From a virus: DNA of 64,000 bases. The stretch is from IMG/VR virus record IMGVR_UViG_3300018080_005419; one strand, given 5' to 3'. The notes under the pieces were generated by a model. It made no database searches and was not told the origin of the DNA. It saw only the letters and a program-made list of their open reading frames with translations. How positions within the stretch are numbered: the stretch's first letter is position 1; each line of letters begins with the position of its first letter. The position numbers were made by a program, and so were the translations under genes. Positions 1 through 8,908 of the stretch are shown here, in pieces.

Positions 1-1089
1 ATTTTGCTCGTCTATTTCTGACCAAGCTCTTTCCATGGGTTTAAGGTGATCCAAATAGTCCAACATAACTACATCAATACGATTTCCCATTTGTTCCAGT
101 TCTACTAATACTTCTTCAATTTCGGCACAACTATGGAACTGTGGAAATTCTTGTATGAATATTTCCCCACACGTTTCTCCAAAATTTTTCAAGCCTTCTG
201 TGTAATTATCAATATCTTTCTCTGTAAGCTCATCCTTATTAGCCTTTTTAAGAACTCGATATGAAACCCCTGTAAACATGGATCCAAACTTATTTCCAGC
301 CTGTTCTTCAACTTCTTCGTTTACAACAAATAAAACATTTAATCCTACCTCTGCACACCCCATTGCCATTGAACGCATTAAGGTTGATTTGCCCACACCA
401 GTATGTGCAGTAATTAGTGTTAATTCACCCTTATATAGACCAGCATAAGAATCAAATGTTTTAAGGCCGGTTTGTAAGCAGGAATAAAACTCAGGATTTT
501 CAAGTTTGTTTCTAATTACTTCTAATTGCCATTCTGGATCTGACAAACGACGAACTGGTTTTCTTGTAAATACTCCAGATTTGATTTTGATCAGATCAGA
601 GTTTAGTTCTTGAATAGCTTCGTCACTTTCTCCTTTTAGAATTTTATGAACAGTTTTTTCAATTGCATCCATTGAACTCTTAGCTCTGAATTTCCTTTCC
701 AGATCTTGCATTAAATATTCAGGAGTATGTGGAATAGAATCAGCGCCGGTAATCATATGCCATTCGGCTCTGATTTTGGTATGATCTAGCTTTTTTAATG
801 TTTTCTTTTTACCTGATAATATTTCTACACTAATATCTTTAATACGATCTAATTCAGCCTCTAATACTGATTCTTTAAGGAGAGTGCCAGATTCTCTAAA
901 AATATTATACCCGAGTCTAAAAAGCCAGAGACGAGTATGGCTGGTGAATAATTCTTCTTTGACTTTAGAAAAATACTTACGCGAAACAATGATATTCGTA
1001 AATAAATACTTAAGTAGATATCTTTCTTCTTCTAATGTATCGTATATTTCTCTTTCTTCTTCTCTTTCTACATCACTCAATTCTGTCAC
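1..1089 (-). CDS. dnaB: DnaB-like replicative helicase (3' end runs off the window)
   Basis: Not in the ORF track; translated by hand. GTG start at 1089 behind an AGGAG SD, open to position 1. Walker A LITAHTGVGKSTL, Walker B VVVVDYLDHL, and the LQTGLKTFD segment typical of DnaB/RecA-fold helicases. Confidence 0.85.
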   Translation of the reverse strand, partial: MTELSDVEREEEREIYDTLEEERYLLKYLFTNIIVSRKYFSKVKEELFTSHTRLWLFRLGYNIFRESGTLLKESVLEAELDRIKDISVEILSGKKKTLKKLDHTKIRAEWHMITGADSIPHTPEYLMQDLERKFRAKSSMDAIEKTVHKILKGESDEAIQELNSDLIKIKSGVFTRKPVRRLSDPEWQLEVIRNKLENPEFYSCLQTGLKTFDSYAGLYKGELTLITAHTGVGKSTLMRSMAMGCAEVGLNVLFVVNEEVEEQAGNKFGSMFTGVSYRVLKKANKDELTEKDIDNYTEGLKNFGETCGEIFIQEFPQFHSCAEIEEVLVELEQMGNRIDVVMLDYLDHLKPMERAWSEIDEQN

Positions 1090-1101
1090 TAATTTTCTCT
1101 C

Positions 1102-1326
1102 CTACAACTGATAATTAAACCTTGTTTTGAGCCATTGATTAAATAGCTTTCTGCTCTTTGAAGATAGTGCGTGATTTCTATCAAATACCACTATCCCATT
1201 TACAATCACAGCCTTTATCCAAGGTTCCCAATTTTGCCCATCAAAGCCTATATCAGACAGATCATTTTCCAAAAATTGATCCATCGTTAGTTCTATTATA
1301 CCATTATTGTCTAAAAATTTTTCCAT
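1102..1326 (-). CDS. hypothetical protein (74 aa)
   Basis: ATG ORF filling the gap between the SNF2 and DnaB-like genes on the coding strand. Confidence 0.6.
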   Translation of the reverse strand: MEKFLDNNGIIELTMDQFLENDLSDIGFDGQNWEPWIKAVIVNGIVVFDRNHALSSKSRKLFNQWLKTRFNYQL

Positions 1327-1331
1327 ATCTT

Positions 1332-4300
1332 TTATAAATATTTAAGTGCTTCTTTCGCTCCAAAGGATTTAATAGCGCAAACTTGATCTACATTGTCTCC
1401 AATAGCCGCAGCAGAAAGAACATCCTTATCTTTTAATACCTTTCTTACATGGTCTTCTATTGTATTCAAACAAATAAAATTAATTACATTTACCACATGT
1501 TTTGTCGTAATTCTGTGCGCTCTATCCGTTCTCTGTTTCATAATAGCCGGAGACCAATTGTCATCGTAATGTAAAACATAAGATGCTTCCTGGAAATTAA
1601 GTCCTGTTGATCCTGCTTCATCCATAACACAGATATTTACTGTTGGATCTTCATTGAATTCTTTAGCAATTTGAGGGCGCTTTTTCTTGGATACTCTCCC
1701 TGTAATTTTAAAAGTTTTCCAACCATTCTTTTCAAATTCTACATACAATCTGTCTACCATTTGTTCAAACATAGAAAACACTAAAACCTTATTATTATTA
1801 GCAATAACTTCTTCTAATAATTCCATACAAGCATTAAATTTAGATCCAAATTCGGGATATTCATCGACAAGAAAAGGAGCATTACAAAATTGTCGCGCTC
1901 TTAAAACTGCTGTAATTACTTCTGCTTCTTCGGTGACTTTATGGGCTTGATTACGAATAGCATTATATATTTTTCTTTCCTCTGTTGACAATTCCACATA
2001 TACATTTTTAAAGATCTTTTCAGGCAGTTCTTTTGCTACTTCTTCTTTTAATCTTCTCAGAAAAAATGGCTCTATTGTTTTTCTTACCTCATCAACATTC
2101 ATATACCCAACAACTGCATTCCATTCATTTCTAATAGCATACTTGTCTAAGAATTTTCCTCTTGTCATAAATAAACCAGGAACAAGAAATTCAAAAATGC
2201 TATGTAGATCTTCTAGTTTTCCATCAATTGGAGTTCCTGACAATCCTATTCTAATGCCGTTTTCTGAAAGCTTAAGTTTCTTCATTACTTTGGATCTAGT
2301 TGATTTCCAATTTTTAAGCATATGAATTTCATCAACAATAATAATATCAAAATCATCACGTAAAACATCAGCATCATCAAAATCTCTTACTATTAATTCT
2401 GGATTAACAACAATAAAAAAGGCATCTGTATTCCAAAGCGTATCTCGTTTATCAGGAGAACCATCAACAATTACAAAATCTTCATTTGTCCAGAATTCCA
2501 GTTCTTCTTTCCAGTTATATTTAACAGAAGCAGGAGCAACAATTAAACATTTTTTTGCTTTATTAAATTTCTTTCTCCAGAGCGCCATTGCTATTGATTG
2601 CATACTATTATGCCCGAGAGCTAAATCTACCACATAATTAGATTCACCACTAATTTCAAAATCATATACATAATCATTATATTTTTCTTCTTTTATATCT
2701 TGAATTTGTAGCCATATATAATCTTCATAAATCATAGATTCTAATTCTTTAAGTGTTTCTTTAATTTCTTTTTTGTTATCTTTTAAATTCTTTTTCATAG
2801 CTTCTCGTCTAGCACTCCATTTGGATCGTGTAATATCAGGAATGCCATTTTTAATCACATTTTTAATTGTTTTTATAATTTTAATAACTGTTTCTGTTGA
2901 GGGATTTTGAGGTATGACTTTTTCCGAAACATGTACATATTCAATTCCACTAAGATTGTATGTAAAATCGCTAATTTTTAATAGTTTCCTTAATATGTGT
3001 CTGCATGGAATACTATTGGCAATATTTGTATTTTCTGTTTTGGAACATAGTTTATTTAATCTTTCATTTTTTCTTTTCGAAATAAATCCTATTTTTTCTT
3101 TAAATATCCTTGCATATTTTCCTCCTATGGTGATTCTCCAATATAATGCATTTCCCCACCTCGGAGTATATATTGTTTTATTATTTATAACTCCAACTAT
3201 TCCAAAACGTCTTAACATATAGTGCATAGATCTAATTATACTTTCTGATTTTGAAGATAATTCAATATTGTCCTTGTTACAACACCCCTCTGCTTCAAAA
3301 TAGTGTTGAATAAATGCCTTAGCAACACTTTCATTAGAATTAGTAATTTTTTCAGGAATAATTTTATCCCCCGAAAGAGAACCCCAACAATAATCTGGAA
3401 ATTTTTTCTTCAACCAATTTTTATATATTTTAGAAGTAATTCTTAAATAAGAACAATGATTTCTGTCTTCTTTGATAAGATGTATATTTGGATTTTCTTC
3501 AAATTTTAAGTCTTTAAAAATTTTTCGAAGTTTGATAAGAATAGATCTTTCTTTTTGAGAAATTGTAAAAGTGCTTGATTTATATTCGTGACCCTCTGCA
3601 ATTTGCCAAGCTAATAATATTGCACAATTTTTATTTATTTCCTCTTTACTATTACATGATGGAATTATTTTTGGAACTAATATCCAATCTCCAATTTTTA
3701 GATTTTTAGCTTTAATCCATTTATTTTCATTGTTCCAAAATAAATGTCTCAATCCGACCTCTATTTTAGATCCATCCTGAAGAGTAATCGATCTTATTTT
3801 TCTTACCTTTTCTCTATAAATATTTATCGCTTTTTGATATTTTGATTTTTGTTTTTTAATTCCCAAAACTTTAATTTTTGATAATTTTCTCCATTCTCCT
3901 CTTCCTTCTTTAATCGATGTATTTGGATCGCTATAGTTATCCCATATTTCTTCTAATGTTGTAGATCCGATATTTTTAACACAAACTCTACTATTTTTAG
4001 AGGCGCATTTGCCGAGTCCCATGGTATCCCCAAGAAGCAAACCATATTTTACCAGGGTGAAGAATTGTACACCTAGTTTTTGATAATTTCTTAGAGATAT
4101 TCCTTCTGGGGGACTAATACCTGGGATTCTTAAGGATATGGGATGATCTTTGAGTGCTGCCTTTTTAACTTTTTTAAGCTCTTCTATTCTTGCTACTTCT
4201 TGTTCTGTTATATCACCTATTCTTGGATCTAAAAAATCAAAGGGGATTTTATCTAATAACATTTCAAGATTAGGAATAGTAAAGAACCAAGCCCATCCTT

Positions 4301-4478
4301 TTGGCTCTCCCGGATGCCATGTACCTCCCAATCTTTTTAGGTTTTCCTTATCTGCAAATGGACTTTCTACAATAAGCAGATTTTCTTCTTCTAAATAAAA
4401 TAAACTTCTTGTGCCTGGAGCGTCGAATTTAATAGGCAATAATCCGCTCTTGGCCATCTTTTTGGGAGGCTTAGCCAA
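1332..4478 (-). CDS. SNF2-family (SF2) helicase/ATPase with an intein in motif I
   Basis: TTG start behind AGGAG. After removing the intein: LLLGDTMGLGK-SMQ (motif I), LIVAPASVKYNW (Ia), IIVDEIH (II), GLSGTPIDG (III), KVLVFS, GSTGLNFQEA, and QRTDRAHRI (VI). N-terminal DKENLKRLGGTWH segment resembles DUF5710-type domains. Confidence 0.9.
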   Translation of the reverse strand: MAKPPKKMAKSGLLPIKFDAPGTRSLFYLEEENLLIVESPFADKENLKRLGGTWHPGEPKGWAWFFTIPNLEMLLDKIPFDFLDPRIGDITEQEVARIEELKKVKKAALKDHPISLRIPGISPPEGISLRNYQKLGVQFFTLVKYGLLLGDTMGLGKCASKNSRVCVKNIGSTTLEEIWDNYSDPNTSIKEGRGEWRKLSKIKVLGIKKQKSKYQKAINIYREKVRKIRSITLQDGSKIEVGLRHLFWNNENKWIKAKNLKIGDWILVPKIIPSCNSKEEINKNCAILLAWQIAEGHEYKSSTFTISQKERSILIKLRKIFKDLKFEENPNIHLIKEDRNHCSYLRITSKIYKNWLKKKFPDYCWGSLSGDKIIPEKITNSNESVAKAFIQHYFEAEGCCNKDNIELSSKSESIIRSMHYMLRRFGIVGVINNKTIYTPRWGNALYWRITIGGKYARIFKEKIGFISKRKNERLNKLCSKTENTNIANSIPCRHILRKLLKISDFTYNLSGIEYVHVSEKVIPQNPSTETVIKIIKTIKNVIKNGIPDITRSKWSARREAMKKNLKDNKKEIKETLKELESMIYEDYIWLQIQDIKEEKYNDYVYDFEISGESNYVVDLALGHNSMQSIAMALWRKKFNKAKKCLIVAPASVKYNWKEELEFWTNEDFVIVDGSPDKRDTLWNTDAFFIVVNPELIVRDFDDADVLRDDFDIIIVDEIHMLKNWKSTRSKVMKKLKLSENGIRIGLSGTPIDGKLEDLHSIFEFLVPGLFMTRGKFLDKYAIRNEWNAVVGYMNVDEVRKTIEPFFLRRLKEEVAKELPEKIFKNVYVELSTEERKIYNAIRNQAHKVTEEAEVITAVLRARQFCNAPFLVDEYPEFGSKFNACMELLEEVIANNNKVLVFSMFEQMVDRLYVEFEKNGWKTFKITGRVSKKKRPQIAKEFNEDPTVNICVMDEAGSTGLNFQEASYVLHYDDNWSPAIMKQRTDRAHRITTKHVVNVINFICLNTIEDHVRKVLKDKDVLSAAAIGDNVDQVCAIKSFGAKEALKYL
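2607..4007 (-). mobile_element. Intein with LAGLIDADG homing endonuclease (467 aa) in the SNF2 helicase
   Basis: Starts CASKNSRV directly after GLGK and ends VYDFEISGESNYVVDLALGHN, followed by Ser. LAGLIDADG-like helices LLAWQIAEGH and FIQHYFEAEGC. Confidence 0.92.
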
Positions 4479-4505
4479 TTTCTTATACTCCTAATTTTTA
4501 TTTTC

Positions 4506-4847
4506 TTAAGCTATGATTTCAATAATTCCGTCATGAAAAGTATATACATGTTCGGAATCTTTGGTTACCTTTGCACGGTAGGGGTATTGAGCAGGTTCAA
4601 GATTTGTTGTTTGAGATGTTAAAATGTAATAATGCACAATGCCTTTCGTTCTATCGTAAAATATCGCTTCAGTTGGATTATCAGAACTCCATGTAATAAT
4701 AGGGTTGTCATAATCGGTTGGAAGTGTACTATCATATAAATACATTTCACAGGAAGCATAACCGCCAAGATCTAATGGTCCTGTTACAGTATTAATTTGA
4801 AAACATAAAGTTCTTGCATCGCCTTTTCTGATCACCTCTGTCTGCAT
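4506..4847 (-). CDS. BppU N-terminal-like (Ig-fold) virion-associated protein
   Basis: Pattern IRKGDARTLCFQI...LDLGGY..CEMYL...GIVHYYILTSQT..L....YPYRAKV...GIIEI resembles baseplate upper protein N-terminal domains. Recognised by eye. Confidence 0.5.
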   Translation of the reverse strand: MQTEVIRKGDARTLCFQINTVTGPLDLGGYASCEMYLYDSTLPTDYDNPIITWSSDNPTEAIFYDRTKGIVHYYILTSQTTNLEPAQYPYRAKVTKDSEHVYTFHDGIIEIIA

Positions 4848-4863
4848 CTAAATACTCCTAAAA

Positions 4864-5079
4864 TTAACCTGGATAATACGGGTTTCCTTTGTAGTCGTCC
4901 GAGATACTATGTCTTTCAAGAATCCAAGACCTTTCTGTTACTGGATCAAATCTCAACACATAATGTACAATAGGTTCTGCAAAAAACGACCTATTAATTG
5001 TAGTTGGATCCTCTGTTGTTCGAATATAAATAGTAGAATTGGAATAAATATCCTTTTCCTCTGGTGTCATAAAATCCAT
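4864..5079 (-). CDS. hypothetical protein (71 aa)
   Basis: ATG ORF tiled between neighbours; the downstream gene has its own GGAG SD. Confidence 0.6.
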   Translation of the reverse strand: MDFMTPEEKDIYSNSTIYIRTTEDPTTINRSFFAEPIVHYVLRFDPVTERSWILERHSISDDYKGNPYYPG

Positions 5080-5084
5080 TGTGA

Positions 5085-5612
5085 TTATTTCCCGAATGTG
5101 ACTTTAGAAGTGTTAGGAGTTCTATCAACACTACGTTCTACAAGATTAACAGCATCACTCCCTGAAGCCATCTTTCTTCGTTCTTTAAGCCAAGCTGTTA
5201 AAAGTCGAGCATCAAATTTTGGCTGAATATCGTCTTCAAATAATTCGCTATACATTTCTCCCAATCGTTCTTTTACTTTCCTTAATGTAATTCCAGGTCT
5301 AAGTTTGACTCCTTCTTCTGCTTTTACGATTTCGGGACCAAGCAATGCCTTTACTCTTAAAATATCAGTTGTAGATAAATCTTCTTTAATTTTGAAACTA
5401 TCTTCTGATAAATTTACCTTTGCCTTATGAACATTGCCGTAAAGCTCCACCGTTTCTCCTGAAGCTTTTACGGCATTGGGTTCGTTCTCAGCTGCAACTC
5501 TAAGCTTCTTTTTAATTTCGTCGCTTTTCTTAGTGAACTCTTTGATTTTAACTTTTAGATCATAACCTTCATCAATTTCATTAGCAAGTTGATGTGCTTG
5601 TCTTAATGCCAT
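5085..5612 (-). CDS. hypothetical protein (175 aa)
   Basis: ATG behind an AGGAG SD; charged, helical-looking sequence. Confidence 0.75.
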   Translation of the reverse strand: MALRQAHQLANEIDEGYDLKVKIKEFTKKSDEIKKKLRVAAENEPNAVKASGETVELYGNVHKAKVNLSEDSFKIKEDLSTTDILRVKALLGPEIVKAEEGVKLRPGITLRKVKERLGEMYSELFEDDIQPKFDARLLTAWLKERRKMASGSDAVNLVERSVDRTPNTSKVTFGK

Positions 5613-5653
5613 TTTCTATCTTCTCCTTTTTATCCGGAATTAGATATTTAATA

Positions 5654-6487
5654 TTATATCTCTTCCGGTGGCGTTTCTTCTGTTTCAATTGTCTCTGTTT
5701 CGACAATTTCTTCTTTTTGTGGCTTGTTTTCCATAGGTATAGCATTCCATCTAGAAGCTGATACCATACTCATCCACTCTTGATATTTACCTTTTTTAAC
5801 CTGAAATGTAAAAGCATTTGCAGGTCCGACTCTTTCGGCTACCTTATTTTGAATTGCTCTGTCTACTAAAGATTGGTCGAAAACTTCATCTGGCATTGAA
5901 TGTTTTGCTAATTCTATAAAACCATTAGAAAGTTCGCTGGGCATAAATTTCTTCTGAATTCCTGTACATACTACAGGAAGAGGGGCCTGAGTTCTTGCTG
6001 CTATCATTTGTGCCACAGGAGAAGTTACAGGGCGATAATTTGAAGGATAATTGCCATTATATTTGGTAATCTTTGTCCATAGCTCTTCAAATATCTTTTT
6101 ACTTTCGGGGGTGCTTGGATCTTCGTTTATTGGACCTTCTGATCGAGTGTCATTTATCTCTGTAAGCTCTCCTGAGACCTCTTTAAGGCTAAGGCTGAAC
6201 TCTGGACCTCTTTTTGTAATAATTAAGCTTGTGCCCTCTGTAAATGGCACAGAAAGGGTGTCTTCGCCAGCATCACCCCATACTATCCAGAGTTGTTGAC
6301 GTAAATTCTTTCTGACTTCATTGTTTTTAGAGGAATCATCAAGAAAACGCCAAAATTCTCGTGTAAATGTGCTAACTACTCCACCTCCAGAGTTGTTTTT
6401 TAAACTATTTGCGAATTCATTAGTTAACACAAAATGAATACTGCGCTTAACAGAAAAACGCATTCTTTTATGACTGTGTATTGGCAT
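5654..6487 (-). CDS. hypothetical protein (277 aa, acidic C-terminus)
   Basis: Long ATG ORF on the coding strand, 9 nt downstream of the thioredoxin gene. Confidence 0.75.
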   Translation of the reverse strand: MPIHSHKRMRFSVKRSIHFVLTNEFANSLKNNSGGGVVSTFTREFWRFLDDSSKNNEVRKNLRQQLWIVWGDAGEDTLSVPFTEGTSLIITKRGPEFSLSLKEVSGELTEINDTRSEGPINEDPSTPESKKIFEELWTKITKYNGNYPSNYRPVTSPVAQMIAARTQAPLPVVCTGIQKKFMPSELSNGFIELAKHSMPDEVFDQSLVDRAIQNKVAERVGPANAFTFQVKKGKYQEWMSMVSASRWNAIPMENKPQKEEIVETETIETEETPPEEI

Positions 6488-6496
6488 TTCTGTTTC

Positions 6497-6787
6497 CTAA
6501 GAAGCTGCAATCCCCGTAGAAATAGGTTCTGCTAGCGAAATAAAACTTTTGACGGTATTTTCGTCAATAAATCCTTCTATACTTTCTATTAATTCTCCAT
6601 CTGTGTCCAACAAAACAAAAGTTGGCATAATATTAACATTAAATTTCTGTGCCAATTCAATTTCGTTTGTTGGATCTAATTCTCGTACTTCGATTCCTGC
6701 CTGGGTTGCTACTTTTTTGACAATTGGTTTGGCCACGTCACATGCAGGGCAGTCTTCAGTAGAAAAAGCAAGAATCTCACACTTCAT
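6497..6787 (-). CDS. thioredoxin-family protein
   Basis: CxxC motif STEDCPACD, cis-Pro motif NIMPTFVLL, 96 aa, AAGGAG SD. Confidence 0.88.
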   Translation of the reverse strand: MKCEILAFSTEDCPACDVAKPIVKKVATQAGIEVRELDPTNEIELAQKFNVNIMPTFVLLDTDGELIESIEGFIDENTVKSFISLAEPISTGIAAS

Positions 6788-7037
6788 TGTTATGCTCCTT
6801 TTTCAGGTACGAAACAAATAGCAGAAATGAATAGATCTAAAGTCTCCAATCTATTGTAGGGGACGTACCTTTGGACAAGATATAAATATTTTTAGAATAC
6901 TCTCCTTTCCAATTGCTAATTAAATAACCTATGTCTTTGTTTGATTATACTTTGCAAGAGTCTTAATTTTTTCTCTTTTTTGTTTATTTTTCTATTTTCT
7001 TTTTAAAATTTTTAAAGACAATATTTTCATCTATTCT

Positions 7038-8888
7038 TTAAGAAGAAGAGCTAGAAGAAGAACTCGAACTTCCTGTAATTATTTCACTTGAACTTGAGGA
7101 ACTTGCTTCGGGTTGTAGCAATAAATCTAATTCTGGATCTGGATCATAATCTGGTTCTAACAACAATACCAATTCAGTTTCAAGCGTTGCAATAGAAGAA
7201 CTTGAAGAAGATGAGCTTGGTGTTGGTGGTATTATTGGAGAACTTGAAGAACTCGAACTTTCAGGAATTATTTCACTTGAGCTTGAAGAAGAACTCGAAG
7301 AACTTGGCTCTGGCGGAATAATTTGAGAACTTGAAGAACTCGAACTTTCAGGAATTATTTCACTTGAGCTTGAAGAAGAACTCGAAGAACTTGGCTCTGG
7401 CGGAATAATTTGAGAACTTGAAGAACTGCTTGAGCTTTCAGGTGGTATAAATTGTGAAGAAGAGCTTGAAGAAGAACTGCTTGAGCTTTCAGGCGGTATA
7501 ATTGGAGAACTTGAAGAACTCGAACTGCTTTCGGGTGGTGCAGGCTGTTCTGATGAGCTTGAAGAACTTGAACTCTCAGGAGGCACAAATTGTGAAGACG
7601 ACGATGAAGAAGAACTTTCAGGAATTATATAACTTGAAGATGAAGATGAACTTGAAGAGAATCCATAAGGAAGACCATGACCATCAACCCATTGAACACC
7701 ATCCCACCAATATGATTGTCCTGTTGTTGTATCATATTTCATTTCTCCTACAACAGTGCCAGTAGGAGGAGGAGACCAATCATCTGAAGAAGCACTTTGA
7801 GACGCTGTTACATTGTGTGGATTGTTTGTATTGATCCTATGAGCATTATTAGAAACAACATCACTATGATCTGTTCCTACACTTCCTCTATGAGTATTAT
7901 TTGAAACTACATCACTATGATCTGTTCCTACACTTCCTCTATGAGTGTTATTTGAAACTACATCGCTATGATTTGTTCCATCACTAGTTCTGTGTGTTGT
8001 ATTCAAAGAAATTGCAGATGTATTAGTTCCTATGTCTGTTGTGTTTTTATTGATAGCTCCGACTATAGAATCTTTTCCGTTAATAAAATATGTTTCAGCA
8101 AAAGAACTGGAAGAAGAGGATGAACTTCCAAATATAATACTTACTTCACTTAATTGTGTAGATGTTCTAGTATCTTCAAAAACAAATTCGCCTTGTGATT
8201 TAATAAGAGAAATAGACGAATTGGCATGAGATAAAGTTATTAAAGGAGAGGCAGAAGAACTTGAACTAGAAAATAAACTATAGACATCTACTGTCTCTGA
8301 TACGTCTAATCCTACTTCCATAGAATCAGTGACGATTAAATTGGTCTGAGTCCAAGTTGTGCTATGTGGATCTTCTGTTGTTCTTACATGTGCTGCCATT
8401 CCTATTACATATAATTTCCCAGTAGGATCAGTATTTAAATCTCCAGGATATCCACCTGTCAAATCATATGTCGCAATAAGAATATAATTTTGATTTGTAG
8501 CGTCAACAGGAGTAGTAGATGAATAAGTTTCAAATGCTTCGGGATCTTTATATAAACCGTTTGTAAATTTAATATAAAGATAATAAAAATTACCAGTTGA
8601 TAAACCTGTCCATTGTACCGAAGAAGAACTCTGAACCAAACCATCTCTTAATACAGCTTCCATTGAAATGCCATCTACAGGATTTAATAGAATAGAATAA
8701 CCAGATCCTACATTGTCTAATTTATAATATTCACCCTCTGCAATGACACCATTATTTACAATAGCAACACTTGCTTGAAGCAGATAATCAATAATATTCA
8801 TCTGCTCAATATTATTTTCCTGCAACAGCCGTTCCCCATCTGTTGCGATTGGAATACTGTATTTTTGACTACTTCCGTTATACGACAT
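7038..8888 (-). CDS. tail fibre-like protein with His-containing 17-aa repeats and a C-terminal poly-Ser domain
   Basis: First ~410 aa are collinear with the adjacent paralog (8909-10087). Lies at the distal end of the tail module and contains a YWWDGVQWV motif. Residues 411-616 are Ser runs separated by IIPPE-type spacers. Confidence 0.7.
   Translation of the reverse strand: MSYNGSSQKYSIPIATDGERLLQENNIEQMNIIDYLLQASVAIVNNGVIAEGEYYKLDNVGSGYSILLNPVDGISMEAVLRDGLVQSSSSVQWTGLSTGNFYYLYIKFTNGLYKDPEAFETYSSTTPVDATNQNYILIATYDLTGGYPGDLNTDPTGKLYVIGMAAHVRTTEDPHSTTWTQTNLIVTDSMEVGLDVSETVDVYSLFSSSSSSASPLITLSHANSSISLIKSQGEFVFEDTRTSTQLSEVSIIFGSSSSSSSSFAETYFINGKDSIVGAINKNTTDIGTNTSAISLNTTHRTSDGTNHSDVVSNNTHRGSVGTDHSDVVSNNTHRGSVGTDHSDVVSNNAHRINTNNPHNVTASQSASSDDWSPPPTGTVVGEMKYDTTTGQSYWWDGVQWVDGHGLPYGFSSSSSSSSSYIIPESSSSSSSSQFVPPESSSSSSSSEQPAPPESSSSSSSSPIIPPESSSSSSSSSSSQFIPPESSSSSSSSQIIPPEPSSSSSSSSSSEIIPESSSSSSSQIIPPEPSSSSSSSSSSEIIPESSSSSSSPIIPPTPSSSSSSSSIATLETELVLLLEPDYDPDPELDLLLQPEASSSSSSEIITGSSSSSSSSSS
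7238..7427. repeat. exact 87-bp tandem duplication (29 aa, QIIPPEPSSSSSSSSSSEIIPESSSSSSS) within the poly-Ser domain
   Basis: Identical units start at 7238 and 7325, with a partial third at 7412. Confidence 0.9.
7845..7997. repeat. three 51-bp coding repeats (17 aa, THRGSVGTDHSDVVSNN-type)
   Basis: Units start at 7845, 7896 and 7947 and are nearly identical. Confidence 0.85.
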
Positions 8889-8908
8889 CTATTTAAAAAC
8901 CTTTATTT

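Noticed and set aside
6788-7037. Hidden small gene or ncRNA in the 250-nt gap after the poly-Ser fibre (orphan AAAGGAG at about 6901-6909; TATAAT at 6944-6949)
   Set aside because: No start codon at a usable distance from the SD, only very short frames, no stable structure, and no matching -35 element.
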